Source: Marsupella aquatica
Lineage: Eukaryota; Plantae; Marchantiophyta
Direction of reading: 5' to 3'
NCBI GenBank assembly: GCA_973895155.1
Contig: OZ316892.1
Coordinates: forward strand, 21,825,619 to 21,889,618
DNA length: 64,000 nucleotides
Every line of letters starts with the position of its first letter. Position 1 is the stretch's first letter. Below are positions 23,847 to 36,555 of this stretch, one piece after another. The notes under the pieces were generated by a model. That model saw nothing but the letters and a program-made list of their open reading frames with translations, had not been told where the DNA came from and did not search any database. Made by a program: the position numbers and the translations under genes.

Positions 23847-24271
23847 TGAACTACATTTAGATGCAATTTTTTTAGCAATAGATTGCCTCGTATTAGTAAA
23901 CTCATGAGTTGACACTGATGCTCAAAACTTCTCAAAAACAGAATTTGTTCTTTGGTACACAAACTGTACTGCATGTGAAATGAGAAGTATGGCTTACTCA
24001 AAGTACTTTTTCTGCGAGAACTTGTGGTTTAAAGCTGGATCAGGAAAAGCAAGATTCACTTGATTTGCTGGATTAGGAAAACTTGTCGCATTCACGTATT
24101 GAGCGACGTTGCACTTGAAGGATCAGAATTAACTTTTTCTCACTATGACTTCCCTCAACCACGTCTCATTAGCTACTCTTCTAGCCTTCATACTGCCTGG
24201 AATGAGAATTTTTTTAAATTAAATTTGGAAGAGGACCTTAAACTTTGCCATGCCTGCAATTAGGAATAATT

Positions 24272-24615
24272 TGTTAGATATTGCTCTAGTCTTGTGACTC
24301 ATGAGCTAACCACAGTTAGTCTAACTCGGGTTAGAACTTAGCTAATGTTAGCGGTAGTGGTGTTATGTATATAGCCAAGGCTGATGCCAGACCCTGGTGG
24401 AACTTAGGCTCATTGTTACGGAGCTAGTTGAGAGATAGGGAGAGCTTGTGCTGTGGATGCTTGGTATGGCCGGTCGGCCTAGAGTGCAGTAAAGCTCTTG
24501 TATGTTCCCATGGACGTAGCCTCATGTGGAGGTGAACCACGTATCTCTCTGTGTCGACTATTGTGCATTGGATGGTTCATGGGCTTGCCATTACGAATAT
24601 CGTCTATGCTCAACA
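24272..24615 (+). repeat. 5' LTR of copia element
   Basis: 344 bp, TGTTAG...CTCAACA; about 12 substitutions and 1 indel versus the 3' LTR by manual alignment. Confidence 0.97.
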
Positions 24616-24617
24616 AG

Positions 24618-24629
24618 TGGTATCAGAGC
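24618..24629 (+). promoter_or_regulatory. Primer binding site (tRNA-iMet)
   Basis: TGGTATCAGAGC, 2 nt after the 5' LTR; this is the canonical plant iMet PBS. Confidence 0.95.
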
Positions 24630-26376
24630 ATGCCTGGGAGGTGACGAGGTTTTTTCGTGACGGGTTTTTCCAGCGTTCATTGTCGGTGGCACATTTGGAG
24701 TTTCGTCGCATGAAACTCGAATGTGTGTGGTTGTGCGGATAAGTTAGTGAGAGGGCGTTCTAACGGTGGTTAGAACTCGCTGATCGGTATCTGTGGTGCG
24801 GAGGAATTGAAATTTGCGTCGTTCAGGGTTTATTCATGTTTGACGGTATTTCGAGGGAGAGACCAGAGTTCGCATTTTTCAACGGTGTGAGCTGTGCGGT
24901 GCGGGGTGGATTGCACATTATAGCTCAAGTTGAAGGTTGAAGCGAGCTAGTCGTTTTGGTAGCTGGATTAATGCCGAGTTGTTACTGAGTGCGATGTGAC
25001 GAGTGAAGGAGGCGTTCAGGTTTTTTCACAAGCTATGGAGCTTGTTCACATCTGAACCGGGTTTTCTCTTCGTGACGTCCGACTCGGTGAAAGAAACGCA
25101 AAGTGCTACGGCTCAATGGATTGATCGCGGTGAGGCGGTTGTTTTGAGTCCGGGATTGGCACTTGACGCGGAGTGAAGGCGACGCGGCGGAAGTTATTAC
25201 AGTGCTGGAGTTGCAGACGGCGCCGGTGTGATTCGGCAACATATCCCGTCGGTAACTCGTTATTTTCTTGTTTAAAATGGTGGCTGTTAGGTTGAGTAAT
25301 CGGCATTTTTTGCTTTAGGGCTAATTTTTGGATTTAAGGGGGTCACTTGGTGTGTGTATACACTCACAAGGTGTGTATACACACCTCATACCCCCTCCTG
25401 GCCCCGTGTATTCACTTTGCGCCCCCCCGCACCCCAATTTTCAGGCGGGGTCCATAGCGCCGGCCGGCCATCCCCTCCCCGCTCACCCTACCTGCCTTCG
25501 TGGGACGCCGGCTGCCCCCGTGCCCCGGCCTTAAGCCCCCAACTCCCTGCCCTCGCAAACCCCCGTCGTCCCCGCCCTGCATCAGGCTGTCGGCGCCTGT
25601 CGACCCCTCCCTTATGCCCTCCTCCGGCCGGCTGCGAGGTCCTGTACTCCCTCACCCGGTACACCCACGGGCATACTCGCGACCCCATACGGGGTATTTT
25701 TGGATTTTTGAGGGCTTTACACCCCCTTTAGGACCTATTTTTGGCTTTTTCTGCCCCGCATGATATGTGTATACTCCCTGGCCCGCCTCGCGTCGCCTAT
25801 ACGCGGATGCGCCTTTTGTCTTATACCGGTATTTTCGGATTTAAGGCGCTTTGCACCCCTTTAGGGCCTATTTTTTGGCTCTTTTTTCCTCCTCTTTGCT
25901 TCCTCTTGTTTTCCTCTTGTGCCGGGACCTGACGCCCTCCGTTTTAACCGCTCCGACAGGGGGAACGGCCCCCTGTGAGACCTGTCGGACTTTGCGGGAA
26001 TATTCCCAAAAAATAGAGAGCTATTTTTTGGCCGTCTGACAAAGATTCTGTCCGCCGAACGGTAACTTTTTGGGTTCTCTTTCGGCGAGGTCATAGCCAT
26101 TAAAGTTGGCAACGCGGCGCACCGATCACATCGCGATTTTGACGATGGATTGTACTGGGTATTTCGGTTATTCTCCGAGGTGGTCAAAACGGGGGAGTTT
26201 CCCAAGGTTTTACCCACCCCGATCGAAATTTGAATAACTTTTCCGTCAAATTTTGATTTTGATTTTGATTTCGGCTTTCAATATTGGACTCCTAGCTTCG
26301 TGGGCTACGCGGCGGTGTTGAGTTTTGAGTTTTATGAGAAGTTTTGAAAAAAGACATTTTTTCGTGATTGTTTCAT

Positions 26377-29300
26377 ATGAGTGACTCGGAGGATACTAGA
26401 AGAATTGGCGTCGGTAGAGCTTCAGGATCGCGACGGTCAGACGGAGAGTCTGAGGAAGAGCTGCTACCGTTTGAGGAAGAACTAGTGACACCGGTAAGAT
26501 CACCGGTGCGGCGTGCAGTGGAGGAAGCTGTACTACTACCAGAGCTATTGGTAGTGGGGAAGAAGAGGGAGATGGCTAGATTTGGAGGAGTGAAGTTTGA
26601 GGTGGAGAAGTACGATGGTCGTACTGATTACTTGCTGTGGGAGAAGCAAGTGAAGGGTGTGCTTCGAGCCATGGGCTTAGCTCATCTGCTCTCTTCGCGA
26701 GAGTAGTATGATGGAGAGGAGGAGATTTCTGTGAGACAGTGGAGACAAAAGCAGGTGATTTTTGTCAATGCGGTGATGCTATATCTCAAGCCGCACATCA
26801 TCAAGCAACTGGATGATTATGCGGATTGCGCGTCACTGTTCAAGGCTCTAAGAGAGAAGTACTACCCGGGGTACTACCGGGAAGATGCATCAGACCGGCT
26901 GTACAAGAAGTCTCTCTTGATAAGCCTCAGGCTCAAGGAAGGGAGCAAGATGCAGGATCACCTGGATGAGTTTGATAGTCTAGCGATGGATCTGTCAAAC
27001 CTGGGAAAATGAGTTGAAGATGAGGATAAGGCCTTGCTTCTGCTAAGCTCCTTACCGCCGTCATATCAGGGCTTGAAACAAGTGCTCTTGTATAGAAATC
27101 TGAAGTCCATTTTGTATAATGAGGTGGTGAGCTCTTTACTGTCTGATGATGCTCAGAAGAAGCTAGGTCAATCACAGACAACATCTTCTTCTGGCACTGC
27201 GCTCAATGTGAATAGGGGAAGAGCAGCGCAGCGCACGAATGGGCAGAACAGGTTTAGATCTACATCACGGGGGAGATCTAAATCCAGAGGGAAATCGCAA
27301 GAGAGGAAGCCTCTTGCATATTGGAATTGTGGCAAGCCTGGCCACATGAAAAGGGATTGTCGAGTAAAGGTCCCTACTGCATCTGCTAACGCGGCATCGA
27401 GTTCGCATGAGGTAGATTTACTCGATGATGATGACATATTGTGATGTCAAGGTTATGCTCTCAGCGTAATGTCAAATCCAGGTAGTGATGACTGGATTCT
27501 AGATAGTGCATGTACTTTTCACATTTGCTCTAGGAGAGATTTTTTCAGTTCTTACACGGTTTCCAACGGATCAGTGTTGATGGGAAATGGAATCCCATGT
27601 CAAGTTGTTGGACTTGGATTTGTAAGATTTTAGATGTTTGATGGTGCTGTAAGAACGTTGAGGAATGTGAGACATATTCCCAGCATGATGAAAAATCTCA
27701 TTTCACTTGGAGTTTTAGAAGTAAATGGCCATCAGTGGAGCTCTGCTAATGGTGTCCTTCAAGTTTCAACTGATACTAAAGTTGTATTGAAGGGAAAGAG
27801 ATATAGCAATCTATACGTTTTGGAGGGCAGTATAGTTTGTGATGAAGCCAATGTAACCTTATCTCATGAGGAGACGGTCCGACTGTGGCACTTCCATTTG
27901 GGGCCACATGAGTGAAAAAGGTTTGGCTATTCTTCAGAAGAAAGGATTACTTTCTAATTTGCTATCTTGTAAGTTGGAATTTTGCGAGCACTGTGTGCTA
28001 GGAAAGTAGCACAGGAAACCTTTCGAAGTTGGAACTCACACCAGCAAGGAGGTACTTGAGTATGTACATAGTGATGTGTGGGGTCCAGCCCCTACTCCCT
28101 CACATTCTGGACGGTTATACTATGTCACGTTCATTGACGATTACTCAAGGTATATGTGGATATACTTTCTACACAATAAGTTTGATGTTTTTGCCACTTT
28201 TAAGGAGTGGAAAGCCCAAGTTGAGAATCAGACTGGTAATAAGGTGAGATCTCTTCGATCGGATAACGGCGGTGAATACAGTTCCATGGAATTTGGAACG
28301 TATTGTAAGGAGCAGGGGATTACCCGCCATATCACAACAAGTTATACTTCTCAGCAGAATGGTGTTTTTGAGAGACTCAACCGAACACTATTGGACCACT
28401 CGAGGAGTATGTTGAGTCAATCATGCTTACCACATGAGTTTTGGGCTGAAGCTGTCAACACTGTAGCTTATTTGGTAAATTTTTCTCCATCCAGTTCTAT
28501 TGGATTCAAGACGCCATTTGAAATGAGGTACGGGCGTCTAGCAGATTACTCACATCTGAGGATTTTTGGATGTGATGCTTATGTGCTTACACCTTCCCAA
28601 CTTTGATCCAAGCTAGAGTCCAAGTCGAAGAAGTGCATTTTCCTTGGCTATCAGAAAGGTGTGAAGGATTATAGGTTATGGGATCTAGTAACCTGTAAAC
28701 TAATTGTCAGTAGATATGTGTCCTTTAATGAGTCCAGATCATCAAAGGAGGGGGAGAGTTCTCAGGACTCCCATACTGATAAGGGGAAATCTCCCATCCC
28801 GGACCGGGTTGAAGGGGAGATTAGTCATGATGTTGTTCATGACAGGAGAGATGGAGAAGCTCCGGGCTTGGAGCTGGTTCCTGTGATGGAACAAGAGGAG
28901 CAGATTGTTGCTAGGGTACCTCAAATTCAACCAGCAGCAGTGCAGATCAGCCTGAGTCATCTACTAGAAGAACTTCCAGTCGTTCTACTAGAGCTCCTAC
29001 CAGGTATGGTCAATGGGCAGACTCATCTAAGCTAGATGATATAGACATTGCACCTGATGAAGATGACATGGCTTTGATCTTGGAAGAAGGAGAGCCTTCT
29101 TCGTACAGTGAGGCTTGTGCTTCAGAGCAGAAGCATGAGTGGAATGCAACAATGCAGAGGGAGTTGCAATCTTTGAGTGACAACAAGACATGGGAGTTGG
29201 TGGAGCTTCCAAGAGGTCAGCAAGTGGTGGATAGCAAGTGGATTTACAAGTTGAAGGACAGTCCTTCAAAGGGTGGAGATAAGATCTACAAGGCAAGGCT

Positions 29301-30663
29301 TGTTGTCAAGGGGTTCACACAGGAGAAAGGAGTGGACTACAATGAGGTCTTTTCACCAGTGGCTAAGTATTTCACAATTCCGATCTTGTGTCAGCTTGTT
29401 GTGTTTTTTGGTCTGGTGATGGATCACATGGATGTTGTTACTGCTTTTCTCTATGGCAACTTGGAAGAGTTGATCTTCATGAGACAGCCACTAGGCTTTA
29501 TGAAGAAGGGCCAAGAGAACTTAGTTTGCAGATTGCTCAAGTCCTTGTATGGATTGAAGCAGTCTCCCAGATAGTGGAACAAGCGGTTTGATGATTTCAT
29601 GCTTGCTCAAGGTTTTACAAGGATGGTGTATGATCCTTGTGTATATACGAAATCAATCAAGAATGATATATTTGGTTTCATCATTCTGGTGATCTATGTG
29701 GATGACATGCTAATTGTGGCTAAAGATCAATCTGAGGTTGACAGTCTCAAGGCGAAATTGAGCGCTGAATTCATGATGAAGGATCTTGGTAAAACCAAGA
29801 GGATCTTAGGGATGGAGATTTTTAGGAACTCTGATACTGGACAGTTGTGCTTGAGTCAAGGCCAGTATGCGAGGAAAGTACTTGCACGATTCAACATGGA
29901 AAACTGTAAGCCAGTGAGTATTGCTTTAGCTTCACATTTCAAGTTATCATCGGCTTTCTCTCCTATGGATGCTGTGGAGAAAGGTCTTATGGCTAAGATT
30001 CCTTATGAGAAGGTAGTAGGCAGTCTGATGTATTTGATGACTTGTACTAGGCCTGACTTGGCCCTAGCGATGGGCAAGGTTAGCAGATTCATGTCAAATC
30101 CAAGGAAGGTACATTGGGAAGCTGTGAAGTGGATTCTTAGGTATCTGAAGGGAACACAGGACTATGGATTACTATTTGATAACAGATCAAATAGAACGTT
30201 AGTTGACTATGTGGATTCTGACTATGGAGGCTGTCTGGATACAAGGAGGTCTACAACTGGGTTTGTATACACTCTTGGAGGAGGATGTATCAGTTGGAAA
30301 TCTACCTTGCAGAAGTGCATATCTCAGTCTACTATAGAAGCTGAGTATGTTGCAGCAGCAGAAGCAACAAAGGAAGCAATTTGGTTGGACAAGCTGATCG
30401 CGAAGATGAGTTTAGAGCATGATAAAATGACTCTAAACTGTGATAGTCAGAGTGCTCTTCACTTGGCTGCTAACCAGGTGATGGATAGCAGGGTGAAGCA
30501 CATTGATATCAGGTACCATTTTATAAGGCAAGTAGTGTCTGATAAAACTTTTGAGCTAGTCAAGATTGATGGAAAGCTCAATCCCGCTGATGCCTTTACC
30601 AAAGTGATTCCTTTGGAGAGTTTCTCAAGACACCGTGCTATTTTGCAGGTTTTGCAATTGTAG
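26377..30663 (+). pseudogene. Copia gag-pol polyprotein with premature stops and frameshifts
   Basis: KFEVEKYDGRTDYLLW (gag), YWNCGKPGHMKRDC (zinc knuckle, first Cys replaced by Tyr), WILDSACTFHIC (protease), VHSDVWGP/RSDNGGEY/QQNGVFERLNRTL (integrase), YKARLVVKG/SLYGLKQSPR/IYVDDML (RT), DSDYGG/EAEYVA/KHIDIRYHFIR (RNase H). Confidence 0.95.
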
Positions 30664-30859
30664 TGCAAGTAGAGTTATTTAGCAATGTGTGACTATTTGT
30701 ATATGGATTACTCATTCCTGTTTGGCTACGGCTTAGTTCTAGTTAACCCTTAGTTAACCCTTGTGGTTTTTAGGGGGAGACCTGGTTTGGTGATTGTCTA
30801 GAACTTCCCACTAAGGATTCCATATGGTAGCATTTAGTCCAGTCCCCAAGACAAGAGTC

Positions 30860-30868
30860 AAAGGGGAG
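30860..30868 (+). promoter_or_regulatory. Polypurine tract
   Basis: AAAGGGGAG ending 2 nt before the 3' LTR. Confidence 0.85.
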
Positions 30869-30870
30869 TT

Positions 30871-31215
30871 TGTTAGATATTGCTCTAGTCTTGTGACTCA
30901 TGAGCTAACCACAGTCAGTCTAACTCAGGTTAGGACTTAGCTAATGTTAGCGGTAGTGCTGTTGTGTATATAGCCAGGGCTGATGCCAGACCCTGGTGGA
31001 ACTTAGGTTCATTGTTACGGAGCTAGTTGAGAGATAGGGAGAGCTTGTGCTGTGGATGCTTTGGTATGGTCGGTCGGCCTAGAGTGCAGTAAAGCTCTTG
31101 TATGTTCCCGTGGACGTAGCCTCATGTGGAGGTGAACCACGTATCTCTCTGTGTCGACTATTGTGCGTTGGATGGTTCATGGGCTTGCCGTTGCGAATAT
31201 CGTCTATGCTCAACA
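30871..31215 (+). repeat. 3' LTR of copia element
   Basis: 345 bp, TGTTAG...CTCAACA, followed by TSD TAATT. Confidence 0.97.
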
Positions 31216-31436
31216 TAATTTTGATGAGCTTGCACACATGGAAGATGGCCCTTAGAGAAGGTTTGCACCTGTTCCTTTTTCCTTTCTTAGAGGGTGTGAC
31301 CTGGGTTATACTTGGATGGACCACAATGTTTGACTTCAAACTTCAATGGACTAGGTACTTTCTTAACACCCAAAACAATGAGCATTTATACAAACAAGAG
31401 GTGCTACTTGAATAAAAAGGCTCAATGTAGGTTGCT

Positions 31437-31767
31437 TGTTAAGGATTGCTCTTAGTCTTGTGACTCATAGGTTACGACAATTAGCTTAACCACAGTTAGG
31501 GACTTAGCTGAGGTTAGGTTAGTCATGTGTGACCTTGCATATACCAGGGCTAGTGTAAGCCGCTTGTACATGGTGCTTGCTCATTGTAACGGAGCAACTT
31601 GGGGAAGAGAGAGAGCTTGTGTGTTCAACGACTGTTGAAGTAAAGTTGTTGTATGGGTGTGCCGTAGCCTTGGAGAAGAGGTGAACCACGTATGGATTGT
31701 GTCGACTACGTGTGCATGTGATGAGTCATTATCGTATCGTCTTGAAGGAAGACGTCATAGTTCAACA
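31437..31767 (+). mobile_element. Solo LTR of a related copia family
   Basis: TGTTAAGGATTGCTCTTAGTCTTGTGACTCAT...GAGGTGAACCACGTAT...GTGTCGACTA...TTCAACA, with near-perfect TSD TTGCT/TTGTT. Confidence 0.85.
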
Positions 31768-33475
31768 TTGTTATGGTCCATTTGAGCATCTTGTCATGGT
31801 AGACTGTACAACACTACCTGAGAAAGAGGTGCACCATATGGAAATTGAAGTTCAATCATTCATCTACTTTTTTTTCTAAAGTGAAAGTGACCTTGAACAA
31901 GCTTTGAGGTAGGGAATACCGCTGAATTATATTTTGTTCTCAATTGTATAATCCTTAGATAGAGGCCCCACAGAACACAAAATAATGTACCCATGGACTT
32001 ATGCAGTCTGAGTCTACCGTCTGCTCTCTAAGGGCAAACTATATGAGTGCAAAAACTGGTTTAGTGCAAGGGATCATGTTCATTGCTTTTATTTTACAAG
32101 GAGTTTGCATTTTTTTTGCACCTTTTTTAAGTGCCAACAAGCCTGAAATCATTTTGCTATAGGAAAATTTTGAAGTGCAAAACCTTGCTAAGTCCATTCC
32201 ATACTCTACAAAGAAAGAGCATGCACTTGTCAGTAAGTGCGCAATCTAATCAGATTGCAGTTACTGATAAGTGCAAACCCTTTCACTGTAGAGTAATAGA
32301 TGCTTATGGATTTGGACACTTTGTGTAACAAGTCAGAAGACCTCTGACCGATGGAGGGGCCACGTATCCATAAGTGCAAAGTATAGGGGGTTTACACTTA
32401 CCGAGGAATGAAAAAACTGGTTTAGTGCACACTGGATCCATCTCCCCAGGAATACACACTTAGCGAGAGCTACAGTAGCCGTATTCCATTATGACTGGTT
32501 CTAAAAAAGCGCCAGACTGTTTGGACACCATGACAACTGCTGAAGATTTGAGTGATCATCATGGTAGGGGAGGCTGATGAGATAATAAGAGCATGATGAT
32601 CCCCTGGCCCACCAAGGTACCAAGGCACCAAGCAAACCTGAAATTGAAATCATGCCCCAGAAGTGGAAGTCACAAGGAAAGTGCCAAAGCTTGCATTCCA
32701 ATCCGTTGAAAAGAAGAGTGTTGACCAATGTTCCATCCCTGTCCTTCTGTCATTGCTTTATTTGGTACTCTGGTCAGACAAAATACTAATGATGTCCTCA
32801 TAAGTCAAACTGCCTTGTGGTCCGTCATCATGATTTTTAAATGGCCAAATTCACTAAAATTATAGTCACCTGGGTGAAAAATATATAGTAAAGTCCTGTT
32901 GCAGGGCCTTGTGTGTGATGCCCCCCAAAACGAGAGATTCCCTGAGCATAGGCAGCATAGGCATTAAGAAGGTAGACGCCAAGGTTTGGGTGTAACTTCA
33001 GGGCTTTCGCTTGAGTTTTGAGGGGCTCTTATTGCCTATAATGTCTGGTAACAGGATCTCCATGTTTTACTTTTACTATTTTTGGTAAAACTAGAAGTTT
33101 TCATGATGTGCCGATCCGAAATCTTGACTGTGCATCCTTCTCTAGAAATGCACTGAAAATCACAAAGAGACAAAGCACATGGGCATTAAGAATGAATGTG
33201 AGAGGGTCTTGTTCAGCTGACCTTGTGGGATATAGTATCCCAAATAGGGGCTTTAGCCAAAGTTTGAGGGGACATTGTAGCTCACAATTCACATAGCCAT
33301 GAAAGTAGCTAGGAAATTTAGCTTATATTAGGCATTTACACTTATGTCTACTCTATGTGTGTTTGTTGGATGTTGCACATATATTTATTCTTAGGTCAAC
33401 TACTTGTGTGTTTGTTGCACACTTGCATGTTGGCTTATGAGTAGTGGTTGTTTACTCAACAATTATGACAAAAGT

Positions 33476-33806
33476 TGTTAGACATTTACTCTAAGGTCTA
33501 GAGGTATGACTACAGCCATAGTTAGGCTAAACTTAGTACGGACTTGGTTACTCGCTTGGTTAGGTTAGTTGTGTTGCACACAATATACTCAAACAATGTT
33601 TGCTTGGATAGGAGGAACTTGATGAGAGATAGGGAGAACTTGTTTTGCGGAGACTTGATATGACCAATGGACCTAGAGTGTAATAAAGCTCGTGTGTTCC
33701 CATGGACATAACCTCATCTGAGAGGAACCACATATCTCTTTGTGTCAATTATTTGTTTGTTGAATGTTCATGAGCATGCCGTTATGAATGTCATCTTTTC
33801 TAAAGA
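33476..33806 (+). mobile_element. Older, degenerate solo LTR of the same lineage
   Basis: TGTTAGACATT...TGAGAGATAGGGAGAACTTG...CCTAGAGTGTAATAAAGCTC...CCCATGGACATAACCTCAT aligns to the copia LTR; the 3' end is eroded. Confidence 0.75.
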
Positions 33807-35349
33807 TGTGAGAATGTTGACTTTGCTCATTCTTTGAGAAATATTTTTGTCATAAAAGTTTTGAATTATGTATGTGAGCTGTCATAATTTTTGACTTGTG
33901 TACATGAGAAGTTTGAGTTCCTAAGATATTAAGGAGAATTGCTAGATCTGGAGACTTTGCTGGCAACTCATTCTCTAGACTATATAATTTTGCCAAGGAA
34001 AATCTCTCGGTCCTGGATGTTATTTAAGCATTCATCCATCAAGTGCTTGTTTAGTTCTGGGACAGCTAGTCAGTGAGAGGATAGGGCATGGCTTCCCTTT
34101 GGAAGGGTGATGAGAGCACTAAACCATATCTTAGTAGGGGTGACAATCTTTGCCCCACCAAAGGCCCTATTTTTGGCAAATAGAAAACAAATTGTGTCAA
34201 AAGTTTTGGTGAGTTAGACCAATTTAACAACTTGCCTACCCCACCCTTAGGACTGGGGGCTGAGGACTTTGTTGCAAATGGGGGTGAGATTTTGTTCCAA
34301 TGTTGATGACTTGGGAGCATTACCTTTGCCAAATTTCTCTGTGGAGAAGGTGTTTTCTGATACTTAGGAATGTAGTGCACCCAACAATGCAAAACAGTGC
34401 ACCTCAATGTAGAGAGTCAAAACAGTGCCCCATAGTATTTTTGAGAAGTTAATATTATTTTGCTAACATGGGAAAGGAATCATGGTAGGGCCTGAGTTCC
34501 AAATAGATTGGACCTGATTGTAAGATCATGATGTTCATGTGGGGTTTGAACCTAGTCACACTCAATGTTTAAACTGAACAAGAAGAACATATTAATTGCC
34601 GGAGGATGTGTAACATGTTGCTCAGCTCCACTCTGGCCATGTCAAAATCTCTCAATGACCCTCGTGAGTTGACGGTGTCATCTGAATTCTTCTTTCCTCG
34701 TCAATCTTTGGCTCCAACAGAAACAAGAGGTATGGTGCTTATTACTTTTATATATTTCAAGTAGTTGAGAATACTTCTTCCCCTCGAGTGGCTAGGTGGA
34801 CACCTACTGTAGGAGACTTTGCCGTGCTTCCAACCTGATGTTAACTAGGGCCTCCCTATGACATCTTGGGCATTGTTTTGTTGTGACAAAAGCTTCCCAG
34901 ATTATACCTCATTGAAAACTTTTTGCCATATTTGGCTAAAATTTGCTAGGCTTACTGTCTTCCATTCCCCCCTATCCACGGGACCCATTCGCCAATCTGA
35001 CAGCGCTATCCTTTTAAATCTAGGGATATCAAATCAGATATGAATGTCAGATCGAAAAACGGGACATTCCCCACCTTAGTGCAAAGGGAAAAACCTTAAA
35101 AAACTTACCTTGATCTAGGGCGCCCACCTAACCAACTGGCGCCACAATTATCTCTTTTCAATAAGACAATAACTCAACCTGGAAAAAGATTTCCTCAGGA
35201 TCCTCTACGAAGCTTCTATGGATGTGCAAGTCTCAAAGCTTTGTACAGGAGACCGTGTTCTTCAATAAAATATAAGTTCAAGGTTATCCTCTTTACCATA
35301 TTTTATTGAATTGTAATGTTCACGTTTTGTGAAATCACCTTTTGTAGGT

Positions 35350-36555
35350 AATTACCAGATCCCGTTCGCGCCGCGTTACCTTCTTTCCAGGAGTTTTTAT
35401 CCTTGGATCCCGTTCGTCTTCAGGCAGACCTTGCTGGGCGTATGCACACTTTCACCCTTTCCAGCATCCTCTCCGAGGCACCTGACACGGACCGAGCTCG
35501 GATTCTTTCTTCTGGAGGGAAGGGCGCAGGTGGATGGCTTCAGGCCAATCCAGTCATTCCTCATTTGCGGATGTCTTCAACGGAGTTCTCCACAGCCATG
35601 CGTCTTCGTCTGGGGCTGCCCCACCCACTTCTTGCAGGTTTACCTCCTTCTTGCACTTGTGGGAAGCCTTGTGATGCCACAGGTGTCCATCTTCTTCGGT
35701 GCAGTTTGGGAGGTGAAACCATTATTGTTCACGACGCTGTGCGAGATGCGACTGCTCAGGTTCTCTCTGGCTCTTTGGTATGCGTGCGGCGGGAGGTGGT
35801 ACTCGAGTTACCTGGTCCTCCATCACAACGGTTACGGGTGGATCTTACCATGGTCCGTGAGGGTCAACGTACTTTGGCAGATGTTGTGGTGGCAAACCCA
35901 TTGCGCCAAGACATCATTGGGACAGCGGCAACTACGGCAGGGGCAGCAGCGTCACGTGCGGCAACAACGAAGGAGGCCACAGATGCGGCACGAGCTTCAT
36001 CCGACAGCTTCCTCCCCCTTGCTGTGGAGCTATTTGGGCGTCTTCATCCTCAGTTTGATGGGCTTCTTCGGCAAGCTGCCCGGGATGTTCATGGTCGAAT
36101 GGGTCCCACCGGACCCCCACTTTCTATTTTGACCACGCACTTTCGCCAACGCATTTCAGTCACCTTACAGCGTGCTCAAGCTCGGGCCATCTATCGTCGA
36201 TCTCTTACAGTGGGTGCTAGTGTGCCTCCGCAGCGGCTAGCTCCCCTTGAGGATGTTCCAATCCCACTTGCCGATCTAGTTTTGACTCTTGATGTGGACC
36301 ATTAGCTTTTTGTCACAATCGGTAGGAATGATGAGGACCTCGGTCCGCTTGGGTTAGTTTTAGTCTCTCTCTCTTTCTTGGTTTTTAGGGGTTCCCTATT
36401 GTTCATTTCTTACTTTTAGTTCCTCTTTCTTGGTGTTTAGTGGTTCCCTTTTGCTCACTTCTTTTTCGATTGGTTTTGTCCACTTGGGCCCTCTTTTGTT
36501 TGTTCATTTGTACTCTGTTTGGTCCCTTTGTATATAAAAAGTGTGTATATTTCTT
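35350..36555 (+). mobile_element. 5'-truncated RLE-type (CRE-clade-like) non-LTR retrotransposon
   Basis: An open ORF remnant followed by a T-rich 3' UTR ending near TGTATATAAAAA. An 11-bp direct repeat CTTTTGTAGGT at 35339-35349 and 36556-36566 is a candidate TSD. Confidence 0.8.
35352..36305 (+). CDS. C-terminal zinc knuckle plus restriction-like endonuclease (PD-(D/E)xK) of a non-LTR retrotransposon, stop-free 317 codons, no start
   Basis: Motifs GWL...P, F..AMRLRLG, C-T-C...G.H...C (CCHC), HDAVRD, RVD...ADVVV, FLPLAVE.FG and RISVTLQRAQA match CRE/SLACS-type RLE domains. Confidence 0.85.
   Translation, partial: LPDPVRAALPSFQEFLSLDPVRLQADLAGRMHTFTLSSILSEAPDTDRARILSSGGKGAGGWLQANPVIPHLRMSSTEFSTAMRLRLGLPHPLLAGLPPSCTCGKPCDATGVHLLRCSLGGETIIVHDAVRDATAQVLSGSLVCVRREVVLELPGPPSQRLRVDLTMVREGQRTLADVVVANPLRQDIIGTAATTAGAAASRAATTKEATDAARASSDSFLPLAVELFGRLHPQFDGLLRQAARDVHGRMGPTGPPLSILTTHFRQRISVTLQRAQARAIYRRSLTVGASVPPQRLAPLEDVPIPLADLVLTLDVDH

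Larger units (their letters stand above)
24272..31215 (+). mobile_element. Full-length Ty1/copia LTR retrotransposon (non-functional)
   Basis: LTRs at 24272-24615 and 30871-31215 (TG...CA), TAATT TSD at 24267-24271 and 31216-31220, PBS TGGTATCAGAGC, PPT AAAGGGGAG, and gag-PR-INT-RT-RH domain order. Confidence 0.98.

Noticed and set aside
25328-26217. Pro/Arg-rich ORFs inside the copia leader
   Set aside because: Explained by low stop-codon frequency in GC-rich DNA; no domain features.
34539-34560. Isolated B-box-like GGTTCAAACC on the minus strand
   Set aside because: No A box, tail or TSD.
35329-36132. 267-aa ORF overlapping the RLE ORF in another frame
   Set aside because: No recognizable motifs; best explained as a shadow frame of GC-rich coding sequence.
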